Source: an uncultured delta proteobacterium (GTDB lineage Bacteria; Desulfobacterota; WTBG01; CAIYCZ01; CAIRTM01). Taken from it: a DNA stretch of 64,000 nucleotides. The notes beneath the pieces are model-generated. The model saw only the letters and a program-made list of their open reading frames with translations. It had not been told where the DNA came from and searched no databases. The stretch is from NCBI GenBank assembly GCA_963718965.1, contig CAVRBJ010000010.1:1540-65539 (forward strand), written 5' to 3'. A program made the translations under genes and the position numbers. This document shows, piece after piece, positions 43,968 through 53,878 of this stretch. Position 1 is the first letter of the stretch; every line of letters starts with the position of its first letter.

Positions 43968-46900
43968 TCAGGCCGGGTTGTCACAACCCACACCCGCAGT
44001 AACTCTTCCGTCTAGCAATGGGAACTTTGACTGCAATATAAAACGGTGTCCAGCTTGTTACTGTAGCACTGACCCATGTAGTCAGGATCATTGGTGCCAA
44101 AGTAAACGCCTGCAGGAACGCTGGTCTCTGTCCCGTCTGAAAGCGTTATGGCAACATTTGCCGTTGTCAGTCGGCGGCGGTCCGAAATTTGTTCCTATCA
44201 CATATACAACTGTATCGCCAGTCAGCCCCCCAGAAAGGCAGTGTTATATAGGTTTTACTGCAAAAATTAGATAACCTGAAGTTTATTTTTCTTAGGTTCT
44301 CCAGCGTGACGGTGACATTCTTTGAGCATCGGCGAAGTGCGTAATAGAGAATTGAAGGCTCTGGTGCTACAGTATATGTGCCGGCCTCGAGTCCGTTAAA
44401 AGTATATGTGCCGTCAAGTCCTGATTGTAGCGGTAACAGTGGAGCCAGTTCGAATTATTGGTCAGGATTAAGCTGATACCGGATTCGGCAAATCCAAGTA
44501 AATTTGTAACCCTGCCTGAAATAGTAAAACCGGCTGATGCTGTAAATGTAAGGTTTGCCACATCTGTCAGGGCTGATACCTTTGTTGATGCTGGGCTAAA
44601 GCCATAGCCGGGAGCAGTGGGCTCGACAATATATTTGCCTGCATCAACACCCATGAAAATAAAAAAACCGCTTGGGGATGACACTGTTGCAGTCGCAACA
44701 AGGGTGCGCGGCTTATTCCGGTTGAATATTTTCGACCAGAGGGTTTCATCATCCCTGTAGAGATTAACCGTAAAGCCCTCAAAAGATGTTTCAGTGGCAG
44801 GAGAGCTTTATGTTGCCGGAAATGGTAATGCCTGTTGCGCCGTAAAAATTTTGATTAAGAATGCTTGCATCATTAATTTGCACATCAACTGTCTTTGGTG
44901 AAAATTTATAGAGTCCCAGTGAGGGGGTTATTTTATAGGTTCCATTTGGCAGACCGGTAAAAGAAAAGTTGCCCTGAGGATTTGTAAACTTTGATTCCGT
45001 GGTAAATGGTGCAGAACCGGTTATTGTCAGCTTAACATTTTCAATGCCGTTTTCTGTGGTATTGTCAAGGATTGTCGGGTCTATGACTTTGCCGGAAATC
45101 TGATAGCCCAGCGTTCCTTGAAAATCCAGACCTGTGAAGGTTTTGCCTTCAGCGTTCAGCAGACGTTATCACCTGATCTAATAACGGGGGATCAAAACCC
45201 CAGCCGGGTCGCGAAGGAGTTAAGGTCGTCGTGCCGTAGCCTATGTTGGTAAATATAAATTCCCCGTTCGAATCAGTTTGTGTGCTGTTGTCTGTATAGA
45301 CAATGTCCCCAAATGGGTTTTTTGTGACCAGTGCTATTGAAACACCGGGAAGCCCTGTGCCGTCGGAAGCATTTGTTACTTTGCCGGTTAGACTATAGCT
45401 GAGAGAGGCAACAAAGTCGGCTGTAGCATCGGTATTGGTTACGGTAACAGGAAAAGATGACGGGTCAAAAACATAATTATTCAGCTGTGCTGTAACCGTA
45501 TATTGCCCGTTGTCCAGGCCACTTGATTTAAAAGCCCCGTTTGTGTCAGTGTACAGAGTAACGATGACACCGGTGGCAACATTTTTAATCGAAATTTTTA
45601 CGCCGTTGAGCGGATTGTCATTTCTGAGTTTTACCGTACCTTTAATTGACGGCCCGTCAAAAAAACCGTACATGATGCCATTGTTTGCTCCGACATAGAC
45701 AGAATGCTTCTCATCATTATCGATTGCCGGTGACGATTTGATTTCAACGGTCCTGGAGCCGTCCTGAGATTTTAGAGTAGTTCCGTCTGAAGGATATTTC
45801 CAATTAATCAGTGTATCGGGTTCGGTGCATTTGCTGCAGATAGAATAAAAAACACCGCCATCTGTACCAATATAATAATCCTGTTTTTTATCAACTGCCG
45901 GTGAGGACTCTATGCGGGCTCCGACATCTATTATTACATCATTATAGGGGTTGCCACCTGGGTAGATATCTTGCTATGCGCGTTCCATCTGCGACAATAT
46001 AGGTACTGTCATTCAAAACTGCCGGTGTCGACCACACATCTCCCGGGAAATCGGTTCCGCCTGCCACCTGATACAGGCAGACTTTTTATCGAACAGTCAT
46101 TATCAAAAGGATAATTATCAGTGATTTGAAGCGGTACTGTACCTAAACCTATATCCCAAACTTCAGCCTGCTGAAGTTCCAAATCATTATCAGCGCAGAA
46201 ACTGCCATAATTTTTTTTCAATAAGGGTACAAGATAATTTCCATTATTAAAAACAACAGGCGATGCAAACATGCCGCCAGGCGGGCAGAATTGAGGAAAA
46301 TTACTCACTTCTGAGCCTGCATTAGTACTGTCAATGGAGAAAAAAACTGGCGCGCTATAGATGTCTATAAAGCTGCAAAGGACTGATTCAGGCGCCAATG
46401 TAAAAGAAATACGATTCTGCGGGCCCTGAGTTCCGAAAACAATCAGTGAGTTGTCAATAGCTGGTGTGGAAGAATAAATTGAACCGTAATTATGGGGCGT
46501 TCTCCACTTTAAGGAGCCGTTTGGATTTAATGCATATACATAACCGTTAGTCGAAGCAACAATTATGGTGCCATCAACGTCTATGTTTATAGAGCTTTGA
46601 ATGGCGCCGCCTGGTGATGTAGTATATGTCCAGACAGGAACCCATGTTGATGCATTACCGGGATCAATGGTTTTTGTATCAAAAGCATACACTTTTCCAG
46701 AAAAATCCCCTATATACACAATGCCGTTTACGTCAATAGCTGGTGAGCAGAATTCGACAGCTCCTTGTAATTTATAATTCCATTCAAGAGTCCCGGTTGA
46801 ACGGTTAACAGCATAGAAATTTCCGTCTACAGATCCAAAATAAATCTTTGGAGACTTGCCGGGCAAGGGTGCGTCAAGTACAGGAGATGATTTTATTTCA

Positions 46901-47082
46901 CCCTGCGTTATGAATGCCCATTTTAATTTTCCAGTGATAGTTCCAGCATTAGCAGAAGTTTCTCCGGTGTTTTTTATGTTTTGATGTTTTTTAGGCCATG
47001 GCGACGTGGTTGAAAGCTGTGCCCAGGCGCTCGAGCATAAAAAGACAAGTGCAACGGTGATGAAAAGACATCTTTTTGACAT
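43968..47082 (-). pseudogene. large secreted repeat protein (signal peptide, PQQ-like beta-propeller repeats, several CarboxypepD_reg-like domains, IPT/TIG-like C-terminus), at least 7 frameshifts
   Basis: Fragment 46009..47082 has the signal peptide MSKRCLFITVALVFLCSSAWA and PQQ/BamB-like repeats (GSVDGNFYAVNRSTGTLEWNY, GKVYAFD, GYVYALNPNGSLKWR). Hand translation continues the propeller in other frames (STPAVLNDSTYIVADGTRIA, SSPAVDKKQDYYIGTDGGVFYSI, SSPAIDNDEKHSVYVGANNGIMYGF). This runs into fragment 45149..45673 (IKGTVKL, TDTNGAFKSSGLDNGQYTVTA, LTGKVTN, TDSNGEFIFTNIGYG). Further units follow (ISGKVID, NPQGNFSFTGLPNGTYKITP, ISGRVTN, GTYTFNGLEAGTYTVAP), ending in GDTVVYVIGTNFG, which is IPT-like. 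Confidence 0.7.
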
Positions 47083-47095
47083 TGGAAAGCTCCCT

Positions 47096-48268
47096 TTAAA
47101 CCCCCGGTTTAACCTCTGTAATAGGCGCAGCAGGCTCTTCGTCAGGAGCCTTGCTGCTGTAATTCTCAGCTTCTTTGAAAAAATCGTCCATTAACTGTTT
47201 AATCCCACCTTTAATAGCATTGTCAAACATGGTCTTGGGATGTGTTTCATCATAGGCGAAGTTGCTTTTGGGTGTATATTCAATCTCTGCCCGGTTAGAC
47301 CAGAGAACTTCACCATTAAGTGCATTCTGCGCATATAAGCGCACCTGCACAACGGCAGACCGCTTTGCCTTTTTAGGATGCTGTGAAGCCATCCAGCCGG
47401 AAAACGTGCCGAGGGCAAGGCCCGGAGCACCGTAGGTATCGCCATTTTTTATCTTTTCACCTATTCCATAACCCAGAGCACCGCCGACTGCCATATTTTC
47501 GACGTTTTCCAGATCATTTTCATAGCCATAGGCATTGGTGGCGCCGTACAGAGTATCTTTAACTGAGTCGAAAACAACCGGAATAATGCCGCGATACAGG
47601 GGGTTTAGTGTTCCGATATCCTTATAGCCGCAGTCAATAATTCTTCCCCGTATAATTAAATCAACACCTAATTTGTCGCCAAGTTCTATAATTTTTTGCT
47701 TTGACAGACCAACTGTTACACCCTGAAGAACAGGGGAAGCAGGGGCTGCCTTCTTTTTTGTTTTTCCGGTAAAATCAATTACCCTGAGAATTTCTGCGAT
47801 CATATCAGGTGAATGTTCAGAATTTTCAATTTCATACTCGGGATTGCTGATTTTTGTGTTCGCCATATCTTTCGATTCAGCGGTTCCATTGATAAGATAT
47901 GCATCTGCATCGATCGGGCGAATTACCTTTTCATCAACCAGAAGGGTATTAACATCCTCCTGTACAGCGACTGTAATGCCATGCACGGTGAACTGCTCCG
48001 TGACAGCTTCAACAATTTTAATGTTCTGGCCCCACTCATTTACGCTCAGCTGGTTCTGCTGATGCGAATAATCAGCAAAAGGGAATATGGCAACATTTCG
48101 TATGCCGGCAAGCACAACGGTATTATCAGCCGGAATAAATCTGACATTTGGTGTTGCCGTGGGGGCGATGGTTGTCTGTGTTGTGGCGCCACTGCAGCCA
48201 AAGCAAACGCTGCTGAGTATTGCTAAGCATAGGGATAGTAAAGATTTATGATTCATGGTAGCCTCCAA
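47096..48268 (-). CDS. lipoprotein with CsgG/LpoB/PelC-like features, function unknown
   Basis: 390 aa, intact. The N-terminus resembles a signal peptide/lipobox (MNHKSLLSLCLAILSSVCFGCSG). It has the VAIFPFADYS motif typical of LpoB/CsgG/FlgO/PelC-type lipoproteins and a late strand AVVQVRLYAQNALNGEVLWSNRAEI. It starts 10 nt after the pilQ stop and ends 13 nt before the next gene, which has an AGGGAG ribosome-binding site. Confidence 0.6.
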   Translation of the reverse strand: MEATMNHKSLLSLCLAILSSVCFGCSGATTQTTIAPTATPNVRFIPADNTVVLAGIRNVAIFPFADYSHQQNQLSVNEWGQNIKIVEAVTEQFTVHGITVAVQEDVNTLLVDEKVIRPIDADAYLINGTAESKDMANTKISNPEYEIENSEHSPDMIAEILRVIDFTGKTKKKAAPASPVLQGVTVGLSKQKIIELGDKLGVDLIIRGRIIDCGYKDIGTLNPLYRGIIPVVFDSVKDTLYGATNAYGYENDLENVENMAVGGALGYGIGEKIKNGDTYGAPGLALGTFSGWMASQHPKKAKRSAVVQVRLYAQNALNGEVLWSNRAEIEYTPKSNFAYDETHPKTMFDNAIKGGIKQLMDDFFKEAENYSSKAPDEEPAAPITEVKPGV

Positions 48269-48278
48269 AATGTATAAT

Positions 48279-50494
48279 TCATCCTTTATTATCTTGAACG
48301 TCTATAGTGTTTTGTTTAGGTGATTCGACAACGGTGACTGTAATGAAAACAAGCATTTCCGTCAAAGTATCTTCCTCTCGTACACTCCTGAAAGCCCAGC
48401 CGATCAAGGGTATATCGCCGAAAAAAGGAACTTTTTTAATATTTTTCGATTTTGTTGTTTCGTAGATACCTCCTATGACAACAGTTTTACCGCTTTGCAC
48501 AAGCAGGTCTGTCTTTATTTGCCGAACATCAATACCAGGTTCGTTTCCGGCGCCTGTTTGTGCTGATTTCTGATCCTTTTTCACATCAACGGAAATTTTA
48601 ATTGTGTCTGCTGCAGTTATATGCGGCAGCACTTTCATTTCAAGAACAGCATCCTTGAATTCAGTTGATGTGACGCCGTTTTCATTCAATTTCAAATACG
48701 GCAATTGAACGCCCTGCTTAATGGACGCTTCTTTATTATCGAGAGTAAGGAGTCTCGGGTTAGAAAGTATTTTCAGCTTGTCTTGATTTTCAAGGGCCGT
48801 CAATGTGGCATCAAGAGCATATTTATCGGCAACTATATAGCCAATATTGACTGCGCCATTAGCAGCCCCGAGTAAATTGACAACATTGCCTTCACCGGCT
48901 GCACCCGTAATGGGTATGCTGGCATTACCGCCATGGCCTCTATACGTACCGCCCCAGGCAATGCCCAAATCCTTTACCCAGCTTGGTGCGGATTGTACAA
49001 CCCTGCTTTCAATCATGACCTGTCTGGTTGGTATGTCCTGCTCTTCAATTATTTTTTCAATTTTTGCAATAACTGAAGGAATATCTGAAACAGTTAATTT
49101 ATTGGTAAGCTCGAAGAAATTGACACTGCCTCTGTTTGGCGTGAGAACATTCATCTGCTTTATAAAGCCGGAAAGAATGCTCGCCTGCGCATAGCTTATT
49201 GCGAAAGTTTTAATGATCGTGTCTTCAGCCTGCTCATGAGATCTCTTTGCCTGGGATCGATCATCATTAAACTTTTTGATTTGTTCAACAAGATCTATCC
49301 GGGTATATTGCGGCGTGACCGTTTTATCAAGACCATTGTTAATAAGGACGATATCCAGGGCTTCATCACAGGGGACATTTTCAAGCTTTAGAGTCACTTT
49401 GCCCGCAACTTTGTCGCCAATAGTCATATTAATTCCGCCGATATCGCCCAGCAAACGCAGCACATTCTTTAAATCCGCATCCTTGAAATCCAGCGATATT
49501 TTCTCACCGGTATACCCCTGATCTCCAACAGGGGAGTTTTTTGATTCAACGGATTTTTTCTCAGCAGGAGAGGGCTCAGCGGCAGACTCTGCTCAGCTTT
49601 TTGAGCTGACAGAGGTTGTTTGTTTTTCATTTCGGCTGTTATTGCCTCAGAACCCAGTGCAACAATTAAATAAGGCGGGGACTGCCGTATTTCAAATTCA
49701 GGAACCGAATTTCCCTGAATATCAAAAACAATTTTTAAATAATTTCCTTTTTGGCCTATCCTTATTTTAGTAACATTATTTTCATTGATGTTTACAAAGC
49801 CGGGTATTATTTGGCTATGGGCATTTTCCAATTCAACAACAAGCCGTGCTGGATTGACCAGCTTGTACGAGGTAAACTTTGGTATTGCATTTTGAAGCTG
49901 CAGTTTGATTACATTGCTTTTGCCGATAATCTCGTTATGTATATTGATAAGATTCGAGCTTGTTGATGATGCAGCCTTAGGCTCGTTGAGTTCATTTTGC
50001 TTTAAAGAGTTCTTCTTTATATTCACAATGATGGTGCTGTCATCACTGAGAGCAGTATAGGAGACAGGGCTTTTCAAGACAATTTCAACCCTGAGATACT
50101 TCAGCTCCTTATCAGTTATTAATGATGTTCTTATAGAGCTCACAAAGCCACTCTCAGGGTTAAACTCCTTTATGGGCTCTTCATTGGCAATATCCGGAAT
50201 GTCGATTATGATGCGATCGGGTTTCGCGAGTTTGAAATGTGTATAGTTTGGCTTTCTTGTAGCATTTATAAAAACCTCGGTGCCATTAAGCCCTTCAGAT
50301 AAACGAATATCATTAATTTTATTTTGTCCTGCCTGCTGGGACTCCGGTTGAGTTTTAGATCCGTTGTCAGCAGCAATTTCTTCAGATGAAACCGAAGGGG
50401 TCTGCTCGGAAATAATGTCTTTTTTAGAAGAGCAGCCGAGGGCAAGGATTAGAATTAAAATATAGCTGTAGTGTGAACGAATAATGTATTTCAT
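48279..50494 (-). pseudogene. pilQ: type IV pilus secretin PilQ (AMIN domains, N0/N1, secretin), one frameshift at about 49540-49600
   Basis: Fragment 49469..50494 has a lipoprotein-like signal peptide and AMIN repeats (INDIRLSEG...IIIDIPD, VIKLQLQ...LVVELENA). Hand translation of the junction gives GYTGEKISLDFKDADLKNVLRLLGDIGGINM, which joins fragment 48279..49463 (secretin core VIGGIYE, VPFFGDIPLIGWAFR). Confidence 0.9.
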
Positions 50495-50532
50495 GCTGAC
50501 CTCAACCTATTTTTTTCTTAGAGTTAAAGTAT

Positions 50533-51099
50533 TTATTTTTTTTTCTTGATCTTGTCTGATTCTATTTCTTTATTTTCTTCAATTATAACGCTATTATATA
50601 ATATTTTTTTTATAACACCTGATTTTCTACCAATTTGCATGCCTTCTTTAACTTTATATCCGTTCATGGCAGGATCTTCAAGAAGAGCACAAAAACCATT
50701 AGGTGTTGCTATAACCGCCACAAGAGTAAAATCGTCAACATCAAGTTTCTGAAGAGGTGTCATTGGAACTTCAGTCACAGTTTTTTTAGATGCAGTTTTT
50801 GGCTGAGTTGAATCATTCACGGTTGAATCAGATACCATTGGAACAAAAGGATCCGCCTTCCCGTTTGAGTTATACGTATAAACTTCTTTAACCTCTACTT
50901 TTTTCTGATCTTTTACTTGTTTTTTAAGGTCTTTTGCATCACCGGTTTTGCTGTTTTCCTTCTGTTCTACAGAAGATATAGGGGGCGAATCCTGATCCTT
51001 TTCCGAGCAGGAAGCCAGGTCAAGCAAGGCCATTAAAAGAATACTAAAAAATAAAATTGAAATAAAATTATTACTTTGTTTTAGTTTTTTTGCCAGCAT
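50533..51099 (-). CDS. pilP: type IV pilus assembly lipoprotein PilP
   Basis: Probable start MLAKKLKQSNNFISILFFSILLMALLDLASC (lipobox). The C-terminal beta-domain reads FTLVAVIATPNGFCALLEDPAMNGYKVKEGMQIG. It sits between pilO and pilQ. Confidence 0.8.
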   Translation of the reverse strand: MLAKKLKQSNNFISILFFSILLMALLDLASCSEKDQDSPPISSVEQKENSKTGDAKDLKKQVKDQKKVEVKEVYTYNSNGKADPFVPMVSDSTVNDSTQPKTASKKTVTEVPMTPLQKLDVDDFTLVAVIATPNGFCALLEDPAMNGYKVKEGMQIGRKSGVIKKILYNSVIIEENKEIESDKIKKKK

Positions 51100-51697
51100 C
51101 AGGTGCCCCTGTTTTTTCAATAAATTTAAAGGTTGTTGCATTAAAAGATGCATCAAGTATTGCAGTTGAAGATTTTGTCTGTCTTGTAGCTAAAATTTGC
51201 AATTCTTCAATATTTATGATTCTGGGCAATTTTGCGAGTTTATCAAAAAACACACCCAATTGGTGATATCTACCTGTTACTTTCATTTGTACGGGTATCT
51301 GAGCATAGAAATCCATTGAGATTTCAGGCTTTGGTTGAAATAGTTGAATTTCAAGACCTGATTCCTGTGCGTTTGTTGAAATACTTGTAATGAGATTAGG
51401 AATTTCTCTCGCATTCGGGAGCATTTTTAGAGCATCATCAAAAGCCAGTTGGAGTACAGTTAATTCCTGCTGAAATCTTGGCAAATTGGACAGAATGCTT
51501 TGCTGCTCATTGAATTTTGTCTGAAGCTTTACAATTTCCTCTTTTTGATTGTTATAAAATTCTCTTTGAGGAATAAAAATATAGTTAATATAGGCTGCAA
51601 TCATTGCTACTAATAAAATTACAAGTACGCCTATTTTTTGCGTATTAGGCAGTTTTACTATTTTATTTAGAGCTGTGTTTGGCATAATAGGCCTCAA
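51071..51697 (-). CDS. pilO: type IV pilus assembly protein PilO
   Basis: 208 aa with an N-terminal TM segment, a coiled coil, and a ferredoxin-like C-terminus (MKVTGRYHQLGVFFDKLAKLPRIINI). Confidence 0.85.
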   Translation of the reverse strand: MRPIMPNTALNKIVKLPNTQKIGVLVILLVAMIAAYINYIFIPQREFYNNQKEEIVKLQTKFNEQQSILSNLPRFQQELTVLQLAFDDALKMLPNAREIPNLITSISTNAQESGLEIQLFQPKPEISMDFYAQIPVQMKVTGRYHQLGVFFDKLAKLPRIINIEELQILATRQTKSSTAILDASFNATTFKFIEKTGAPDAGKKTKTK

Positions 51698-52266
51698 CCT
51701 GTCTTTTCAGGCATATTTGATGTTTTGCAGGTAATGACAAATAATTTAAGAGGAGAATTTTGTCCTGGTTTTACAGCACCTGCTTCCGTGTTAATTGTTT
51801 TGAGATCGACACTGTTGATATACGGAGATTTATCCAAATTAATCATATAATTGGAAACCGCAATATTATCGATTGCTTTCCCCTCTATTACAAGGTCAGA
51901 ACCTTTTTGCTTAATAGCTGTAAGCCAAAGATTACCCGGTATTGCCATAGCTAGTTCGTCCATTAAATGAACCGGTCCTTCTTTGCTTTTCGTGAGATTG
52001 GTAATTACATCCATCTTTTTTGTGAGGACTTCTTTTTTGCTTTTAAAAGCATCTATCTCTTTCATTTTCAGGGTGCATGCATCAATTTTAGTTTTAATTT
52101 GAGCTATTTCCTCATCATTAGCCGTTATTTGAGATCCATTTATAAACCATACAGCAGTCATAATTATGAGCAGCAGCACAATTGGAGCAGCTCCAGCTAT
52201 AGCCTGAAGCATGATTATTTCATTTTTTCTCTCATTTCGATAGGGTATTAAATTTATCTTAATCAT
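51694..52266 (-). CDS. pilN: type IV pilus assembly protein PilN
   Basis: 190 aa. The conserved N-terminus is MIKINLIPYR, followed by a single TM segment. Confidence 0.85.
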   Translation of the reverse strand: MIKINLIPYRNERKNEIIMLQAIAGAAPIVLLLIIMTAVWFINGSQITANDEEIAQIKTKIDACTLKMKEIDAFKSKKEVLTKKMDVITNLTKSKEGPVHLMDELAMAIPGNLWLTAIKQKGSDLVIEGKAIDNIAVSNYMINLDKSPYINSVDLKTINTEAGAVKPGQNSPLKLFVITCKTSNMPEKTG

Positions 52267-52272
52267 CGTATT

Positions 52273-53328
52273 TTAGTCCCCTAATTTTCTTAAAGCCAAA
52301 CCAACACCGATTGCAGCAATTGGAGCAATTTCATGAAGGTATTCCTGATCAAAAAGTTTTTTATCACATTTTATTGATTGAAAGGGGTCCACAATCTGAA
52401 TCTGGGCTGTAAGTTTCTCTTGCAGTATTTCTTTAAGGCCGTGTGTTTTTGCAGCCCCTCCGCTCAAATAAATATGCGTTATTTCAACAAGGGACTGCCC
52501 GGCAAAAAAATCAATTGTTCGCTGTATTTCTCGTGCTATCGATGAAACGGTTTTTCTTATAGTTTGTTCTAAAAGATCCCTGTCTACGCCTTCTATAATC
52601 TCGCCGATTTTCAACATTTCGGCTTCTTCAAAGCTGACAAAAAGCTCCTTCTGTATTTCCTCTGTTATCAAATTCCCGCCCATGGGAGCGTCTCTGTTAA
52701 AAACAGAAATATTCTCCTTTATTATATTAATATTTGTAACAGTAGCCCCGATATCAACTAATGCGCAAATTTCATCAACATCATGCGAGTAATTAATGTT
52801 GAACATATTTTCCATGGCAAAAACATCGATATCAATTACTTTAGTCTTAATGCCTGCACTGTTGAGGGCATCAAGATAATCCTGAACATTTGCTTTCTTT
52901 GCAGCCACAAGCATGACATCCATTTTTTCGGGATTTTCTTCGCTGACGCCGAGTATTTGAAAATCTATATTCACTTCATCCAGATCAAATGGAATAAACT
53001 GTTCAGCCTCAGTTTCAATTAAAGGCTCCAGGTCTTCTTCAGTCATTATGGGAAGGTTTATTTTTTTAATAATAACATTGTTCCCGGATACTGAGACAGC
53101 GGCATTCTTATTTGATATTTTAAGGGATGATAGAAGCGATTTAATAGTCTGAACGAGGGGGTCAGCATTAATAATAACGCCGTTATTGATGGTTTCTCTG
53201 GGGATTTTTGCTACACCAATATTTTTTAATGTATATTTTCCCTTGTTCGCCTCAAGTTCGACGACCTTAACCGTGCTCGTTCCAATATCCAGGCCGATTA
53301 GATTTTTTTCAGGAAAAAGGCTTAACAT
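52273..53328 (-). CDS. pilM: type IV pilus assembly ATPase-fold protein PilM
   Basis: 351 aa with an actin/FtsA-like fold (IGLDIGTSTVKVVEL, DIGATVTNI, LSGGAAK). Confidence 0.9.
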   Translation of the reverse strand: MLSLFPEKNLIGLDIGTSTVKVVELEANKGKYTLKNIGVAKIPRETINNGVIINADPLVQTIKSLLSSLKISNKNAAVSVSGNNVIIKKINLPIMTEEDLEPLIETEAEQFIPFDLDEVNIDFQILGVSEENPEKMDVMLVAAKKANVQDYLDALNSAGIKTKVIDIDVFAMENMFNINYSHDVDEICALVDIGATVTNINIIKENISVFNRDAPMGGNLITEEIQKELFVSFEEAEMLKIGEIIEGVDRDLLEQTIRKTVSSIAREIQRTIDFFAGQSLVEITHIYLSGGAAKTHGLKEILQEKLTAQIQIVDPFQSIKCDKKLFDQEYLHEIAPIAAIGVGLALRKLGD

Positions 53329-53343
53329 GGTATCCTCTTTGAA

Positions 53344-53637
53344 TTATTTACTGTTTCTTTTTTCCGGCCTATAAATAAGTTCACCTTCCCTTGCTAGTCC
53401 CAATTCATTTCTGGAAAGCTCTTCCAAATAACGCAAATTATTTTTTAAATTTATTATTTCTAATTTCAATTTATCATTTTCTTTCTTTAGCTTACTATTG
53501 TTGCTTTCTATTTCGTGAAGTTCTTCCTGCAAACGCATCATGTGTAAAAAGCCTCGTTTGCCGGAGATTGTCAATACAATGACAAGTATGAGCAACAAAA
53601 GAAAAAACGTATTTATTACAAATCTTTTCATCGGCAA
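53344..53637 (-). CDS. ftsB: septum formation initiator FtsB/DivIC-family protein
   Basis: 97 aa with an N-terminal TM segment, a leucine-zipper coiled coil, and the conserved C-terminus ELSRNELGLAREGELIY. It ends 15 nt before pilM. Confidence 0.8.
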   Translation of the reverse strand: MPMKRFVINTFFLLLLILVIVLTISGKRGFLHMMRLQEELHEIESNNSKLKKENDKLKLEIINLKNNLRYLEELSRNELGLAREGELIYRPEKRNSK

Positions 53638-53824
53638 AAGGATTTTTATGTTGAGTTTTTTTTTAAAAAATTATTTTTGAATTATCATTCTTTGGAAACT
53701 TTTTAGATTAATAAAAAATATTTAAACACATAAAAGCACTATTTATATAAATAAAGATTTTAAAAATATATTATATAATTTATATTTAAGCATTTAAAAA
53801 TCTAATTTTTTAAAATTAAATTAA
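53638..53824. promoter_or_regulatory. extremely AT-rich tract upstream of ftsB-pilMNOPQ, presumed promoter or curved-DNA region
   Basis: About 190 bp made almost entirely of A/T runs (TTTTTTTTTAAAAAATTATTTTTG, TTAAAAATATATTATATAATTTATATTTAAG), directly 5' of the ftsB start at 53637. No specific -35/-10 pair could be assigned. Confidence 0.4.
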
Positions 53825-53863
53825 AAATAAGCCCTGAATACATATAATATTCAGGGCTTATTT
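53825..53863 (-). terminator. rho-independent terminator of the thiolase gene
   Basis: A 16-bp perfect stem, AAATAAGCCCTGAATA (53825-53840) with TATTCAGGGCTTATTT (53848-53863), and a 7-nt loop. It lies 16 nt downstream of the thiolase stop, and T-rich sequence follows on the minus strand. Confidence 0.8.
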
Positions 53864-53878
53864 AGGATTAATTTAATT

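Noticed and set aside
53638-53824. The extreme AT-rich tract, considered as a replication origin or the remnant of a mobile-element end.
   Set aside because: I found no DnaA-box (TTATCCACA-like) clusters, no adjacent dnaA, dnaN or gid genes, no inverted terminal repeats and no target duplications. Its position directly 5' of an operon fits a promoter region.
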